Shown piece by piece: positions 1 through 10,393 of a DNA stretch of 64,000 nucleotides; the stretch's first letter is position 1, and each line of letters begins with the position of its first letter. The DNA lies in the NCBI GenBank assembly GCA_963707985.1, contig CAVPRW010000025.1, positions 160,156 through 224,155 on the forward strand. The letters are read 5' to 3'. The DNA comes from an uncultured Nitrospinota bacterium (GTDB lineage Bacteria; Tectomicrobia; Entotheonellia; J063; CAVPRW01). Under the pieces are notes generated by a model. The model did not search any database. It was given only the letters and a program-made list of their open reading frames with translations, and was not told where the DNA came from. Both the position numbers and the translations under genes were made by a program.

Positions 1-1152
1 AAGACCATCATCGCCGACTTGAGCTGGGATCGGGGCACCATCTCGTTCGTGGTGGCGGTGAACCTATGGATCAGCGGGCTGTTGCAGCCCTTTGCCGGCC
101 ACGTCATGGATCGGTTTGGTGCCAAATGGCTGTTTACCGCCAGTGTAGCAACTTACGGCCTGGGCCTGGCGCTGATGGGCCTGACCAACAGCGTTGGATA
201 TTTGTTGGTCATCTACGGGATCATGATCGGAGCGGCATCCGCTGGCTCGTCGATGAGCCTGTCCAATGCCCTGCTGGCTCAATGGTTCCGCGACGGGCGT
301 GCGTTTGCCATGAGCATCAATAACGCATGTGGCGCCGTCGGCCAATTGATCCTGGTCTATATCAGTTACCTCCTGCTTGAATCTATTGGTTGGCGTCTAA
401 GTCATGTGTATCTGGGGATCGCGGTCCTCGCAGTGGCGGTGCCGATGGCCTTAATGGTACCACGCCGGAGACCCGACTTCACCGGCTTGTCTGGTGCATC
501 GCCCCGTCAATCGGCGGCCGGAGGTCCGTTAGAGACCACTAGCTGGTCGAAAGCGCTGTGCAGCGCGCCGCTCTGGCAACTTAACGTCGGCTATTTCGTC
601 TGTGGTATGACGGTAGCAATCTTTAGCGTGCATCTCATTCCCTTTGCCACCGACCATGGGTTTTCACCCCAGAGCGCCGCGAAGGCATTTGGGTTGATGG
701 CCATTCTCAGCGTTGTCGGTTCGTTGCTGAGTGGTGTGCTCTCCGACCGCGTCGGGCGCAAGAACATCCTGGCACTGGCCTACGTGACCCGAGCTGCGGC
801 GTTCACGCTACTGCTGCTGTGGCATCACGAGCTGGCTCTATATGTCTTTGCTGTGCTCGGCGGTCTCTCCTGGTTGGCGACACCGCCATCGGTGATCGCG
901 CTCACCGGGGAAATCTATGGCATGCGTGCCCTCGGCACGCTGGGCGGGATTTCCTTGTTGGCGCACCAGATCGGTGGTGGGGCCAGCGTCTGGTTGGCTG
1001 GCACCATGCACGATCTCACTGGCAGCTATGATGTCTCGTTTGCCTTGGCGGCAGTCGCCTTGCTCGGCGCGTCCTTGATCAGTTTTTCAATTGCCGAACG
1101 CCGCTATTCAGTACGTTATCTGACACCTGTACCCTCGGCTGTAGGTGATTGA
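1..1152 (+). CDS. MFS transporter (5' end outside window)
   Basis: Frame is open from base 1; many TM segments; MFS motif A-like GHVMDRFGAK and GVLSDRVGRK. Confidence 0.9.
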   Translation, partial: KTIIADLSWDRGTISFVVAVNLWISGLLQPFAGHVMDRFGAKWLFTASVATYGLGLALMGLTNSVGYLLVIYGIMIGAASAGSSMSLSNALLAQWFRDGRAFAMSINNACGAVGQLILVYISYLLLESIGWRLSHVYLGIAVLAVAVPMALMVPRRRPDFTGLSGASPRQSAAGGPLETTSWSKALCSAPLWQLNVGYFVCGMTVAIFSVHLIPFATDHGFSPQSAAKAFGLMAILSVVGSLLSGVLSDRVGRKNILALAYVTRAAAFTLLLLWHHELALYVFAVLGGLSWLATPPSVIALTGEIYGMRALGTLGGISLLAHQIGGGASVWLAGTMHDLTGSYDVSFALAAVALLGASLISFSIAERRYSVRYLTPVPSAVGD

Positions 1153-1292
1153 TCCGACCCGGTCTGCAAAGACTCTGGGAAGGTTGCATTGCCTTCGGAT
1201 GAGGCGTATGGTTGACATCATCGCGTGTGTGACGTGGCATGTGCGATGTGGAGAACTTACGCAGGAATATCGATGCCGAAAAGGAGAACCCA

Positions 1293-1730
1293 ATGGCGAC
1301 ATTAACCCTGGCCTATAAGGTGAGGAGCTATAGTACTGGAACACATGGGCGGGCAATCTGTAATGCGCGCAGTCATCATTTCGTCGCCGACGATGCCGGA
1401 GGCGAGGAAGTCGGGGCGGGCGAGTTTTTTCTCTCCGGGGTTTCGGCCTGTGCTGTGAATATGGTGGAACGCCTGGCGAAGGGGCAGCAGATCCCATTGC
1501 AGTGGATGGACGTTACCGTTGAAGCGTACCGGGATCCAGACAAAACCCCCGGCGAAGTCACCGTCTACGATGCCATTCGCGTCAATATCGAAATGTGGGG
1601 GGTCGACAAAGACCAAGCCGATGGCCTCGTCACGACCTGGAAGCAGCGCTGTCCACTCTATGGTTCTGTAGCCACCGCTACCCCCGATACCACCGTGGAC
1701 TACGTGTACCATGCCGAGCCCCGTGGATAG
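1293..1730 (+). CDS. OsmC/Ohr-family protein
   Basis: AAGGAG RBS before ATG 1293; EFFLSGVSAC and RCPLY supply the two catalytic Cys. Confidence 0.75.
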   Translation: MATLTLAYKVRSYSTGTHGRAICNARSHHFVADDAGGEEVGAGEFFLSGVSACAVNMVERLAKGQQIPLQWMDVTVEAYRDPDKTPGEVTVYDAIRVNIEMWGVDKDQADGLVTTWKQRCPLYGSVATATPDTTVDYVYHAEPRG

Positions 1731-1870
1731 CAAAGGTAGGAGGCCAGACCGTCGGCGCTTTTCCTCCACACGGGCATAGCCGTCGCATAGTCGTCAGGGT
1801 GAGGGGACGCCGCGCCCCTTACCTCCATGGCAGGCTTGATGAACAATGGGAGATATTGGTACTGCGTCCT

Positions 1871-2555
1871 TCACTCTTCCGCTGCTACCTGTGGTTCGCC
1901 GAACAGACGGGCCAGTTCCTCAGCCCCCTCACGATCGACGATGGCCAGGACTTCATCCCCGGCCTGGAATAGCGTGATGCCTCTCGGAATGTGCATCTGC
2001 TCCTGGCGAAGAATGGCGGCGATCACCGAATTCGGCGGTAATGGAAGGTCTTTCAGTGCCACCCCGACGGCATGCGCAGCCTCGTGCACTCTTTCCTGCA
2101 CCAGGGAGTAGCGTCCACGCCGTAGGCGCAGCAAAATCATCATATCGCCCAGCGACATCTCTTCCTCGATCAGGGTGGCCAGGATCTCGGACTGGTTGAG
2201 AGCGACGTCGACGTGGAATTTCTGGTCGAATAACCAGGCATTGCGCGGGTTATTGATGCGAGCAATGGTGCGCGGGACACTATAACGTGTACGTCCCAAA
2301 AAGCACAGGACCAGATTCTCGACATCGTTCGACGTACATGCCGCCAGGACGTCCACCTCTCGAATGCCAGCTTGCTCTAGGACCTCGCGGGTCGGTAGGG
2401 ATCCCCTCGTAGATCACCTCGGTGGGCAGTTCGCGGTGCAGGCTGGTCAAGACATCACTCCGATGTTCGACCAAGCGTACCTGATGATTCTGTCTCACGA
2501 GCAACGTGGCCAGGTGAGCTGCAGTCAAGCCGCCCCCCGCGATCAAGATGAACAT
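1871..2555 (-). pseudogene. trkA: TrkA/KtrA-family K+ uptake regulatory subunit (RCK-N + RCK-C), one frameshift near 2380-2400
   Basis: N-part MFILIAGGG...IYEG and C-part DVLAACTSNDVENL...IARINNPRN...AGDEVL lie in different frames; could be a sequencing error. Confidence 0.8.
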
Positions 2556-2556
2556 A

Positions 2557-3216
2557 TCAGCCTTTCTGCTGTGCCGCCAGCCAGCGCCGCAACGTCTCGC
2601 GACCATCCGGTGCAGAGCTGAGATAGACCACATCGCCCGCTTTAAGCGGAAGCTCTTGAGCCGAAGGTAGAGACTGTCCTGTGCGCGTGCATGCCACCAC
2701 GACATAGGGTCCCTTGGGGAGGACATCCCGTAGCATATGCCCCTGGAGATGTTTCGGAACCACGAACTCATAGAGATCGATCATCCCATCGCTGCTCGTC
2801 CACACCTGGCGGACTTCCGCTTCGTCCAACATCTCTTCGATACGCTGGGCGCCCCAGGTGGTCGAGCTCACGACCTGCAGACCGAAGGCCTCATGCAGTA
2901 GTCGCCAGCGCGGGTTGAAGTTGCGCGCCACCACGTGAGGCACGTGATACACTGTGCGCGCCACATGCGCCACCACAGCATTGAGCGTATCGGAATTCGT
3001 CACCGCCGCGAGCGCCTCGGCATGCTCGATGCCGGCGCGATGCAACACGTCTTGATTCAACACCTCGCCCTCGACCGTGCGTCCGCGAAACAGAGGATTC
3101 AGGTTATCGAACGCGGCAGCGACTTGATCGATGACGGTCACATCGTGTCCGCGCTGGAACAGTCGGTGCGCCAGTTCCGCACCCAAGCGGCCACAACCGA
3201 CGACGATGACTTGCAT
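2557..3216 (-). CDS. trkA: TrkA/KtrA-family NAD-binding K+ uptake subunit
   Basis: Rossmann motif VIVVGCGRLG; AVTNSDTLN. Confidence 0.9.
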   Translation of the reverse strand: MQVIVVGCGRLGAELAHRLFQRGHDVTVIDQVAAAFDNLNPLFRGRTVEGEVLNQDVLHRAGIEHAEALAAVTNSDTLNAVVAHVARTVYHVPHVVARNFNPRWRLLHEAFGLQVVSSTTWGAQRIEEMLDEAEVRQVWTSSDGMIDLYEFVVPKHLQGHMLRDVLPKGPYVVVACTRTGQSLPSAQELPLKAGDVVYLSSAPDGRETLRRWLAAQQKG

Positions 3217-3217
3217 G

Positions 3218-4234
3218 TTAGCCTCGAATCAGCCGCGTCTGCGGTAAGCCAGCGGCGATGTAGACGTCCTGTGGCCCCGGCCCGCCAGCGACGACGATGT
3301 GGATGCGCTCTGGCCCTTCCGTCCGCCACACCATACCGTTGGCACCACGGCCGGCGGCACGCTCCATGTCGGCGAAATCAGCAGCGAAGTGATTTTCCGG
3401 CAATCTGGCCAGGGCCCAGAGTTTCTCCTGGAGGTCCCGTTTGGTCAATCCGGCCTCATGCAGCGATTGGGCATGATTGACACCGAGAAGCAACAGCGCG
3501 CCATCGCCCCCGCCGTACATGGGCGGCATATTGCTGGCAATCTGGCGCAGAATTTCATCGGGGCCAACCCCCTCACCGCCAGAGATATTGCAATAGTTTG
3601 AAGCTTTAAAGACCGTCACCGTGCTCTCGTGCCGGTCGAACCCACGCTCGACATGGAAGGGAGTCCAGGGATTTTCTTCCTCGTTTTCTCCGCAGATATA
3701 GCCATAGCGCAGCGGTGAGGCAAAGCTCGACTTGGAATAGACACCCGGCAGAGCCCCCCCGACGTTTTGCAGAATCAGTCGGATGGCCCGCCCGATCGTG
3801 GCATTGGCACGCCAACCTGGCCCAAGGCAGCCCGTTCCGGAGTTGATGTCCAGTTGCTGTCGGATAGGCCCGTTGATCAGCAGAAAGGGTGTCATCGGGT
3901 TGGTGGTCACCTGTATGAACTCCAAGGGAAAGCCCTTATCCGTCAGACCCTCTAGGGCCGCAATGATCACTGGCATATACTCTGGCCGGCAACCGGCCAT
4001 CACCGCGTTCACCGCCAGGACCTCCACGGTGGCCCGTCCTTGACGCGGCTGAATGAGCCCGATGACCTCTTCAGCTGGGCGATTCGCGGCGGCGATGAAC
4101 CGCTGCACCGCCTCGGGCGTGGCGGGGATGATCGGCAAGCCGTCTGTCCAACCCTGCTCGTAAGCATGCTCGTAGGCCTGGGTCATCAGCTCCGCAACGG
4201 ACGCCGACTCAAAGCGCACACTCATTTGCGCCAC
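3218..4234 (-). CDS. Conserved protein typically paired with UGSC (seleno)proteins
   Basis: GWTDGLPIIPAT, AVNAVMAGC, RANATIGRA and ENEEENPW motifs; AGGAGG RBS. Confidence 0.7.
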   Translation of the reverse strand: MAQMSVRFESASVAELMTQAYEHAYEQGWTDGLPIIPATPEAVQRFIAAANRPAEEVIGLIQPRQGRATVEVLAVNAVMAGCRPEYMPVIIAALEGLTDKGFPLEFIQVTTNPMTPFLLINGPIRQQLDINSGTGCLGPGWRANATIGRAIRLILQNVGGALPGVYSKSSFASPLRYGYICGENEEENPWTPFHVERGFDRHESTVTVFKASNYCNISGGEGVGPDEILRQIASNMPPMYGGGDGALLLLGVNHAQSLHEAGLTKRDLQEKLWALARLPENHFAADFADMERAAGRGANGMVWRTEGPERIHIVVAGGPGPQDVYIAAGLPQTRLIRG

Positions 4235-4275
4235 GTTCTCATCCTCCTCTCTCGCGTTCCATCGCCCATGTGCTT

Positions 4276-4932
4276 TTATACCGGCATGGCAGCGCGCACC
4301 ACTCCCTGGGGATGAATCTGCGCCGTGGCGACTTTCTCGAGACTATGTTGAATTGCCGCGGGAGATTGTGTGAGCCCGAAAATGATCGTTTCAAGCATGG
4401 CCTCCGCGCGCTGGCGCAGCGGCGCTTGCTCCAATTGGCGGATGGGGTTCGGGGTTTCAGCGATGACCACATAGGGGAATCCCTTGGTCGCTGCCAAACG
4501 CCGGGCGAAGTTGGTAAAAGTGTTGGTGGTGATCATGACGGTCGGAATCCCACGCTGCTCGAGTGCGGGCGTGACGTGGCTACACCACGTCGAGCATGAG
4601 CCTCAGTCACCAGTGGCGGTGATGACGACGTCGACACGCCTGGCCAAATCATCGAGGGTACCACCCATGGCATCGATCAACCCACCTGTGCGTTGCGGCA
4701 GTTCGCGAGCTGGCTGCTCCATAACCACCGCCTGCACACGATAGTGCTCTGATAACAGTTGACCCACCGCCTCCAGAAGTTTGACGGCTGAGGGGCGCCA
4801 GTTCGGCAGGAGGCCCACGACGCGTCCATCAAGGGTGTCTGGACGAGGAGCCAATGGTGTACCGGCGGCGCTCTCGTCGAGATAAACCGGGAGCGGCGAC
4901 AGCATGGTCAGAGTCAGGGACTGTTGGGCCAC
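4276..4932 (-). CDS. UGSC-family selenoprotein (in-frame TGA = Sec at 4603-4605)
   Basis: AAGGAGG + GTG start; ...TATGD-TGA-GSCSTWC...EQRGIPTV continues in frame into ORF 4276-4536; SECIS-like hairpin follows. Confidence 0.85.
4573..4591 (-). promoter_or_regulatory. Bacterial SECIS-like hairpin
   Basis: GACGTGG-TGTAG-CCACGTC, a perfect 7-bp stem starting 11 nt after the UGA. Confidence 0.7.
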
Positions 4933-5077
4933 AGATGCCTCCTTTGAGAGTCTATGAGACCTTAAGGTGCTACAATAATTCAGCTCCACCCTGGTCCTGA
5001 CTGCACGCACGGAAGCCTTATTGATGATAAGCCTAGAACCATGGATGGTCAAGTATCAACTGGGATAAGAATTTACA

Positions 5078-7033
5078 TCATTCAAGATGAAAAGGTACAT
5101 CAGTGATCACGATTCCACGTCTGAACAACAGAGCTAGCCGCAACATGATCGCCGTCTGGTTGTGTAGGAAGTTCTGCCACCACCGTCCGGGTACGAATTG
5201 CGGCACGACGATGGTGATCGTCTCATTCGGTTGGCGTCGTTCAGAAATTTCGGCAACATACTGCAGGAGAGGCTCAAGGAGCAAGCGATAGGGAGATTCA
5301 AGGATCACCAGGCGTACCCCTCCCCCCCACAACTCCCACTTCTGCCGCACCGCTTCAGCTTCGGCGGGGTCGATCGACACGTGGACGGCGGTAATATCAT
5401 ACGACAACGACCGCGCATAGCGTAAAGCCTCGAGCGTACCACGATGGACACCGCTCAGGGGAATGATGACACATTGACGCAAGACGCGCGGTGGCTCGCC
5501 ATAGCGTTCGAGCGACAATCGGGCGGCAAGTTCCCGGTAGTGACGATGGATCCCCGAAAACACCGCAACTAGAATCGGAATCAGCAGGAGGACGATCCAG
5601 GCCCCCTCGGTAAATTTGGTCACGGCGAAGACGAGCATGACGATGGCCGTGCAGGCCGCGCCACAGGCATTGATCACCATCTTCAGCCGCCAGCGCGATT
5701 CATAGCGCAGGGTCGACCCTCGTTCCTTGACTTCCTCTCCGATTTGGAGATGACCAATCTTCCACCACCGGCGCGCCATACCCGTTTGAGATAAGGTGAA
5801 GGAGAGAAACACCCCGATGGCGTAGAGGGGGATCAAGCCGCTGACGCTGGCATTGAACAGGACAATGAGCAATGAAGCAATGAGCGCTAGGGTCACGATG
5901 CCACGAGAGTAGACTAGACGACTCCCACGGTAGGTCAACTGTCGAGGTAAGAAGCCATCAGCGGCAAGCAGCGCGCTCAGCCGTGGGAAGTCGGCGAATG
6001 AGGTATTCGTCGCCATGATCAGAATGACCGTCGTGGCGGCAATGACCCCGTGATAGAAGAGGCCTCTGCCGCCAAACACCGTGCGTGCCAGTTGCGAAAT
6101 CACGGTCTCTGCTTCGGCTGGGATGGCATGGACCTGTCCGGCGAGAAAAGTGATGCCGAGAAACAGCGTGGCCAGAATCGCCGACATCCAGATCAACGTG
6201 ATACCAGCATTGTGGCTACGCGGCTCTCGAAACGCCGGAATGCCGTTGGAGATTGCCTCAACGCCGGTCAGTGCTGTGGTACCGCTGGAAAACGCGTGTA
6301 ACAGCAGGAACGGCGTCACCCCCGAGGCCACATGTACGAGATCGAGCTGCGGGGGGTCCATAACTGACCCCAGGCTGCCAATTAGATAGCGCAGGAACCC
6401 CACCCCAGTCATTGAGGATATCATGAACAGGAAAAAGTATGTGGGAATCGCAAACGCCACCCCCGATTCCTTCACCCCACGCAGATTCACCAGCATGACG
6501 AACAATATCAACCCGACGGCCAGGTAAACCCGGTAGGGTAAGCAGGCGGGGAACGCCGAAGCGATCTGTGCCACGCCAGAGGAAACTGACACCGCCACGG
6601 TCAGGATGTAATCGATGAGGAGCGCGGCTCCGGCAACCTGCGCCGCGAAATCTCCCAGATTATCACGGGCCACGATATAGGCACCGCCACCGCCGGGATA
6701 GGCGTGAATCGTCTGTTCATACGAAATCGTCACCATCGCCAACAAACCGACGATGCACAGTGCTATGGGAAAAGCGTAACCAAAGGCAGCAGTGCCGGCC
6801 ACCGCTAGGATGAGCAGAATTTCCTGGGTGGCGTATGCCGTCGAGGACAATGCATCGGAGGCAAACACCGCCAGACCTACGGTTTTTCCAATGGTTTGAT
6901 GCGCCGCATCGGCGGTGGGAAGGGGGCGCCCGATCAGCCACTTGCGCCAGAAACCCGGTGGACGATAGGGCGAAGTCCGCCTCAGGACGGTGCTACCGGT
7001 CGCTTCGTCGATGTCGACCATAGGCAGATTCAA
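5078..7033 (-). CDS. APC-family permease, KimA/YdaO-like K+ transporter
   Basis: FASDALSSTAYATQEIL, YPGGGGAY, ALTGVEAISNG, and C-terminal SPYR...LHNQTA; start uncertain (7033 or 7021). Confidence 0.85.
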   Translation of the reverse strand: MNLPMVDIDEATGSTVLRRTSPYRPPGFWRKWLIGRPLPTADAAHQTIGKTVGLAVFASDALSSTAYATQEILLILAVAGTAAFGYAFPIALCIVGLLAMVTISYEQTIHAYPGGGGAYIVARDNLGDFAAQVAGAALLIDYILTVAVSVSSGVAQIASAFPACLPYRVYLAVGLILFVMLVNLRGVKESGVAFAIPTYFFLFMISSMTGVGFLRYLIGSLGSVMDPPQLDLVHVASGVTPFLLLHAFSSGTTALTGVEAISNGIPAFREPRSHNAGITLIWMSAILATLFLGITFLAGQVHAIPAEAETVISQLARTVFGGRGLFYHGVIAATTVILIMATNTSFADFPRLSALLAADGFLPRQLTYRGSRLVYSRGIVTLALIASLLIVLFNASVSGLIPLYAIGVFLSFTLSQTGMARRWWKIGHLQIGEEVKERGSTLRYESRWRLKMVINACGAACTAIVMLVFAVTKFTEGAWIVLLLIPILVAVFSGIHRHYRELAARLSLERYGEPPRVLRQCVIIPLSGVHRGTLEALRYARSLSYDITAVHVSIDPAEAEAVRQKWELWGGGVRLVILESPYRLLLEPLLQYVAEISERRQPNETITIVVPQFVPGRWWQNFLHNQTAIMLRLALLFRRGIVITDVPFHLE

Positions 7034-7181
7034 TCAGGCAAGGTGGTGGAGGAGCTCAGGCAATCCGGGGGCAAGAAGCAGTCATTATGACATAAAGATA
7101 CCGCAACCCGGAAAGATCTGGAGGAGATGTGCTGCGCCCCTCCGCTCGGGGCTCACAATGGAGTAGAGGAGCGCAGGAGGT

Positions 7182-7397
7182 TCAGTGTGCCGTAGCCGCG
7201 AGCTTAGTCACGGTCTTGGCTTGAGGCCCTTTCGGTCCCTGCACGATCTCGAATTGTACACGGTCGCCCTCATTCAGCGAGCGGAACCCACTGCCATCGA
7301 TGGCCGAGTAATGGACGAATACGTCGGCGCCATCGTCTTGGGAAATAAACCCATAGCCCTTCTGATCATTGAACCATTTGACGGTACCAGTTGCCAT
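7182..7397 (-). CDS. cspA: Cold-shock protein
   Basis: [18 protein letters not shown]...DVFVHYSAI (RNP1/RNP2); AGGAGG RBS. Confidence 0.95.
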   Translation of the reverse strand: MATGTVKWFNDQKGYGFISQDDGADVFVHYSAIDGSGFRSLNEGDRVQFEIVQGPKGPQAKTVTKLAATAH

Positions 7398-7840
7398 GTG
7401 GAACATCCTCCTGACATGGGTGAACGTTATGCAGCCTTGGCTGCCCGGAGGAGATTGAAAACCGCATTGGCATCTGTGTACCGTTATGCGGTTCCTTTTA
7501 ATCTCACCGAGATCATGCGTACTGCAGTTGCCTTAGAAACGACGGCCCAGCCTACCAGCTTCTGCAGGGCTAGTCAAGAGCTTAAGGCAAAAATTTGCAT
7601 AATGCAAGTCAGGAAAAGGCTGTCAGCCGTTCGCAAATATGCTAGGTTCACGGACAGGTGCTGGGTCGTCGAGACTCCGCTCGACACCCGAAAGATGCGA
7701 GAACGACCACAGTCTCGGCAGGCTACGCCGATCGGTACAGCCTTGGGGCATGGACGCTGGACTCCAGTGGGCCTCTGATGGCCGTAGCTTGGGTCTTCGT
7801 ATCGAGTTGGTCTTCTAACCTTTCCGGTGCACGTACGGCT

Positions 7841-9319
7841 ATGGACAATCTGGGGCTCACGTGGACAGAGCATAGGCAGCGCGCCCTAGTGGCATTGCAA
7901 CGGCGACCGCTCCTACAGCGCTTGCTGGGGTTCGCAGAGCAACGCGGCGTAGAGCTGTATACGGTGGGGGGAGCCCTGCGTGATATTTGCCTGGGACGTC
8001 CCGTGTATGATGTGGATGTGGCCATGAGCGGCGATGTCCTGACGTTTGCCAGGGCATTTGCCAACCACCTGAGAGCAGCCTACGTGCCTATGGATGCCGA
8101 GCGGGGTGAGGTCAGAGTGGTCTATCGCAAACGTGATGTCCTCGATTTCGCGCGCATCCGTGGCGAGACCATCATCACGGACTTGCAACATCGTGATTTT
8201 ACCATCAACGCCATGGCCTGCCCATTGGCCGTGCTGTTGACCCAAGCGAACCCTGTGCTCATCGATCCCCACGGGGGGTGGCGTGACCTCCGAGCGCGCA
8301 CCGTTCGTATGGTATCCCCTTCGAGCTTTCGCGATGACCCACTGAGACTACTACGGGCATTTCGTCTGGCGGCGAATCTCGACTTTACTATCGACCCTCC
8401 GACACTGACCGCTATGGAGCCGGTGGCACCTCAGCTGGTCGATATGGCGGCTGAGCGAATTCATCGCGAGCTATTTAGACTATTTGCGGCGTCGCGATCC
8501 AGTCCACACATCGCGACCATGGCCCGCCTCGGTCTGCTCGACATCCTATTCCCTGAGCTCGCTGCGGTGCCAGGTATGCCTGGCCAGCCGAGCGAGCGCT
8601 TGGAAGTCTTGGACCATGCCGTCAGGACTTATCAGGCGGTAGAGGCCCTCATGAACGACCCTGGTCCGCACTTACAGGCTATCGCCGGGGCCGTCGTCGA
8701 GTACTTTCAGGTTGAAGAACGTCAGGCGCTGGTCAAATGGGCGGCCCTGCTGCACGCGATTTGGGATGCCGGGCTGTCCCAGGATGTGGCAGTGCATCAA
8801 GTGACGGCCTTGCCATCTACCGAAGATCATACTCAGCCGTGGGAGCAGATCGGCAGCCGCCTCAAGCTGAGCCGCAAGCAGATCGATTACGTCAAGACCC
8901 TGATCGTTCATTACAGTTCAGTGTTTCAACTGGCTATCCTTGAAGCTCAGGGACATCTCACGATACGCACCGTGCATCGTTGGTGCAGAGGGGTTGAGGA
9001 CAGCATGTTGGGGGTGTTTTTACTGGCGATCGGTCATGCTCTGGCCTGGGGACAAGGGCAAACATCCGAGCCCGGGGCCACTCTTCTGGCTCAGCTTGCG
9101 CCACACGTCTGGGACATCTACCGCCATCGCATTTTACCTGTCATCACCGCCCCACGACTGCTGACCGGCCATGATTTGCAACAGATCTTTCAGTTGACCC
9201 CGGGCCCGCGCTTCAAGGTACTTCTCGACGAGCTAGAAGTAGCTCAAGTCGAGGGCCATATTCGCACGCGCGCCGAAGCGCTGCAATGGGTGGAGGCACA
9301 ACTGAGTCACGAATCCTAG
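7841..9319 (+). CDS. CCA tRNA nucleotidyltransferase / poly(A) polymerase family, with degenerate HD region
   Basis: VGGALRD, DVDVA, RDFTINAM, DDPLRLLRAFR, ERIHREL. Confidence 0.9.
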   Translation: MDNLGLTWTEHRQRALVALQRRPLLQRLLGFAEQRGVELYTVGGALRDICLGRPVYDVDVAMSGDVLTFARAFANHLRAAYVPMDAERGEVRVVYRKRDVLDFARIRGETIITDLQHRDFTINAMACPLAVLLTQANPVLIDPHGGWRDLRARTVRMVSPSSFRDDPLRLLRAFRLAANLDFTIDPPTLTAMEPVAPQLVDMAAERIHRELFRLFAASRSSPHIATMARLGLLDILFPELAAVPGMPGQPSERLEVLDHAVRTYQAVEALMNDPGPHLQAIAGAVVEYFQVEERQALVKWAALLHAIWDAGLSQDVAVHQVTALPSTEDHTQPWEQIGSRLKLSRKQIDYVKTLIVHYSSVFQLAILEAQGHLTIRTVHRWCRGVEDSMLGVFLLAIGHALAWGQGQTSEPGATLLAQLAPHVWDIYRHRILPVITAPRLLTGHDLQQIFQLTPGPRFKVLLDELEVAQVEGHIRTRAEALQWVEAQLSHES

Positions 9320-9611
9320 CGATGGGCTGGCACGGAGCGGCAGCCTTATCAGTCTGCTTGCTCTGTGATGGGCCAGCCTAGTATACGTGCACAAGCGATG
9401 GGGAAGAGCTCCAGAGGCAATCCCAATAAGGTGACCAGCCCAAATGCTCCTATCTGATTCTGTCTCCAGAACAGCCTGCGGTAGGATCATCGATGTGGCG
9501 TCAGCCGCTCCTCGGCGTGGTCCGTCATGCCGCATCTATGCGCGTGCAGGGGGGTGAGTCCCCCTTTTTTTGCATCCCCTCCGGTTCGAGAAGGCCCGCC
9601 CGTGCAGGAGT

Positions 9612-9674
9612 AGGGAGTTGATCGGACATTATTGGACACGCGGGGCGTGTTCAATAATGTCCGATCAACTCCCT
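9612..9674. repeat. 30-bp near-perfect inverted repeat with 3-nt loop
   Basis: AGGGAGTTGATCGGACATTATTGGACACGC-GGG-GCGTGTTCAATAATGTCCGATCAACTCCCT, one G-T pair. Confidence 0.9.
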
Positions 9675-9781
9675 TTGATTTTTGCCCACCCAAGCCGCGC
9701 TGCACGGCAGGTTCATGCTCCGTATGCTCATGCTATACTTGAACCGGATCTTCGCGGAGGCTCCTGTGCTCGGGAGGGAAC

Positions 9782-10000
9782 ATGGATAGGCAGGCTCGCA
9801 AGGAACGGATTGAGAACATGATCGCCATGGAGGAAGCCTTCCATACCTTTGAGGAGCTGCCGCTGCCGGAGCGGTTTCGAAAACTTGCCGAATGGGCAGA
9901 ACAGTACCTCTCACCTGCTGAACAGGAATGGCTGTATCTGCAATGGCAACGAGCCCTGGAACATTCCCTGGAAGAGCCCTCTGGCGAGCCAGCCTGGTAG
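9782..10000 (+). CDS. Small hypothetical protein
   Basis: GGAGGG RBS; 72-aa acidic, helical-looking ORF. Confidence 0.5.
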   Translation: MDRQARKERIENMIAMEEAFHTFEELPLPERFRKLAEWAEQYLSPAEQEWLYLQWQRALEHSLEEPSGEPAW

Positions 10001-10184
10001 CGGGTTCTTGTCTTCTCAGGAGAGGGGGTGGCAGCCCTCGCACGTGGCGAGAGCAGATAAAAGGACTGCTTTATGGGTATTGTAACCCCTGCTGGGCATG
10101 AGGACAACTGCAGGCCCCCTTTGGTGGTGTTCGCATCATCGCTGTTGCCTGCGCGGCTTCCGGCGTCTTCCCTGTTCCTAGTCA

Positions 10185-10216
10185 CACGACACCCCTGGCA
10201 TGCTAGGGGTGTCGTG
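10185..10216. repeat. 32-nt palindrome
   Basis: CACGACACCCCTGGCATGCTAGGGGTGTCGTG. Confidence 0.8.
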
Positions 10217-10393
10217 CGTCGCTGGGTCTCTCGGCTCCTGAGGTTTCCCACTCGCAGGGGCCAGAAGCGCCCCACAGCGATAAATGCTCGTCTCAACATT
10301 CTGGTTGACGTGGCATCTTTGCTTCGATATGCTCGTGCGAATGCGATACACTTGGCCTTCTGACGTCCATAGTAGCTGCAATGGAGCCTACCG

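Noticed and set aside
1293..1730. OsmC as a third selenoprotein
   Set aside because: The RCPLY cysteine is encoded by TGT, not TGA.
7034..7181. c-di-AMP (ydaO) riboswitch ahead of the KimA-like gene
   Set aside because: A hairpin is present but I found none of the conserved ydaO motifs.
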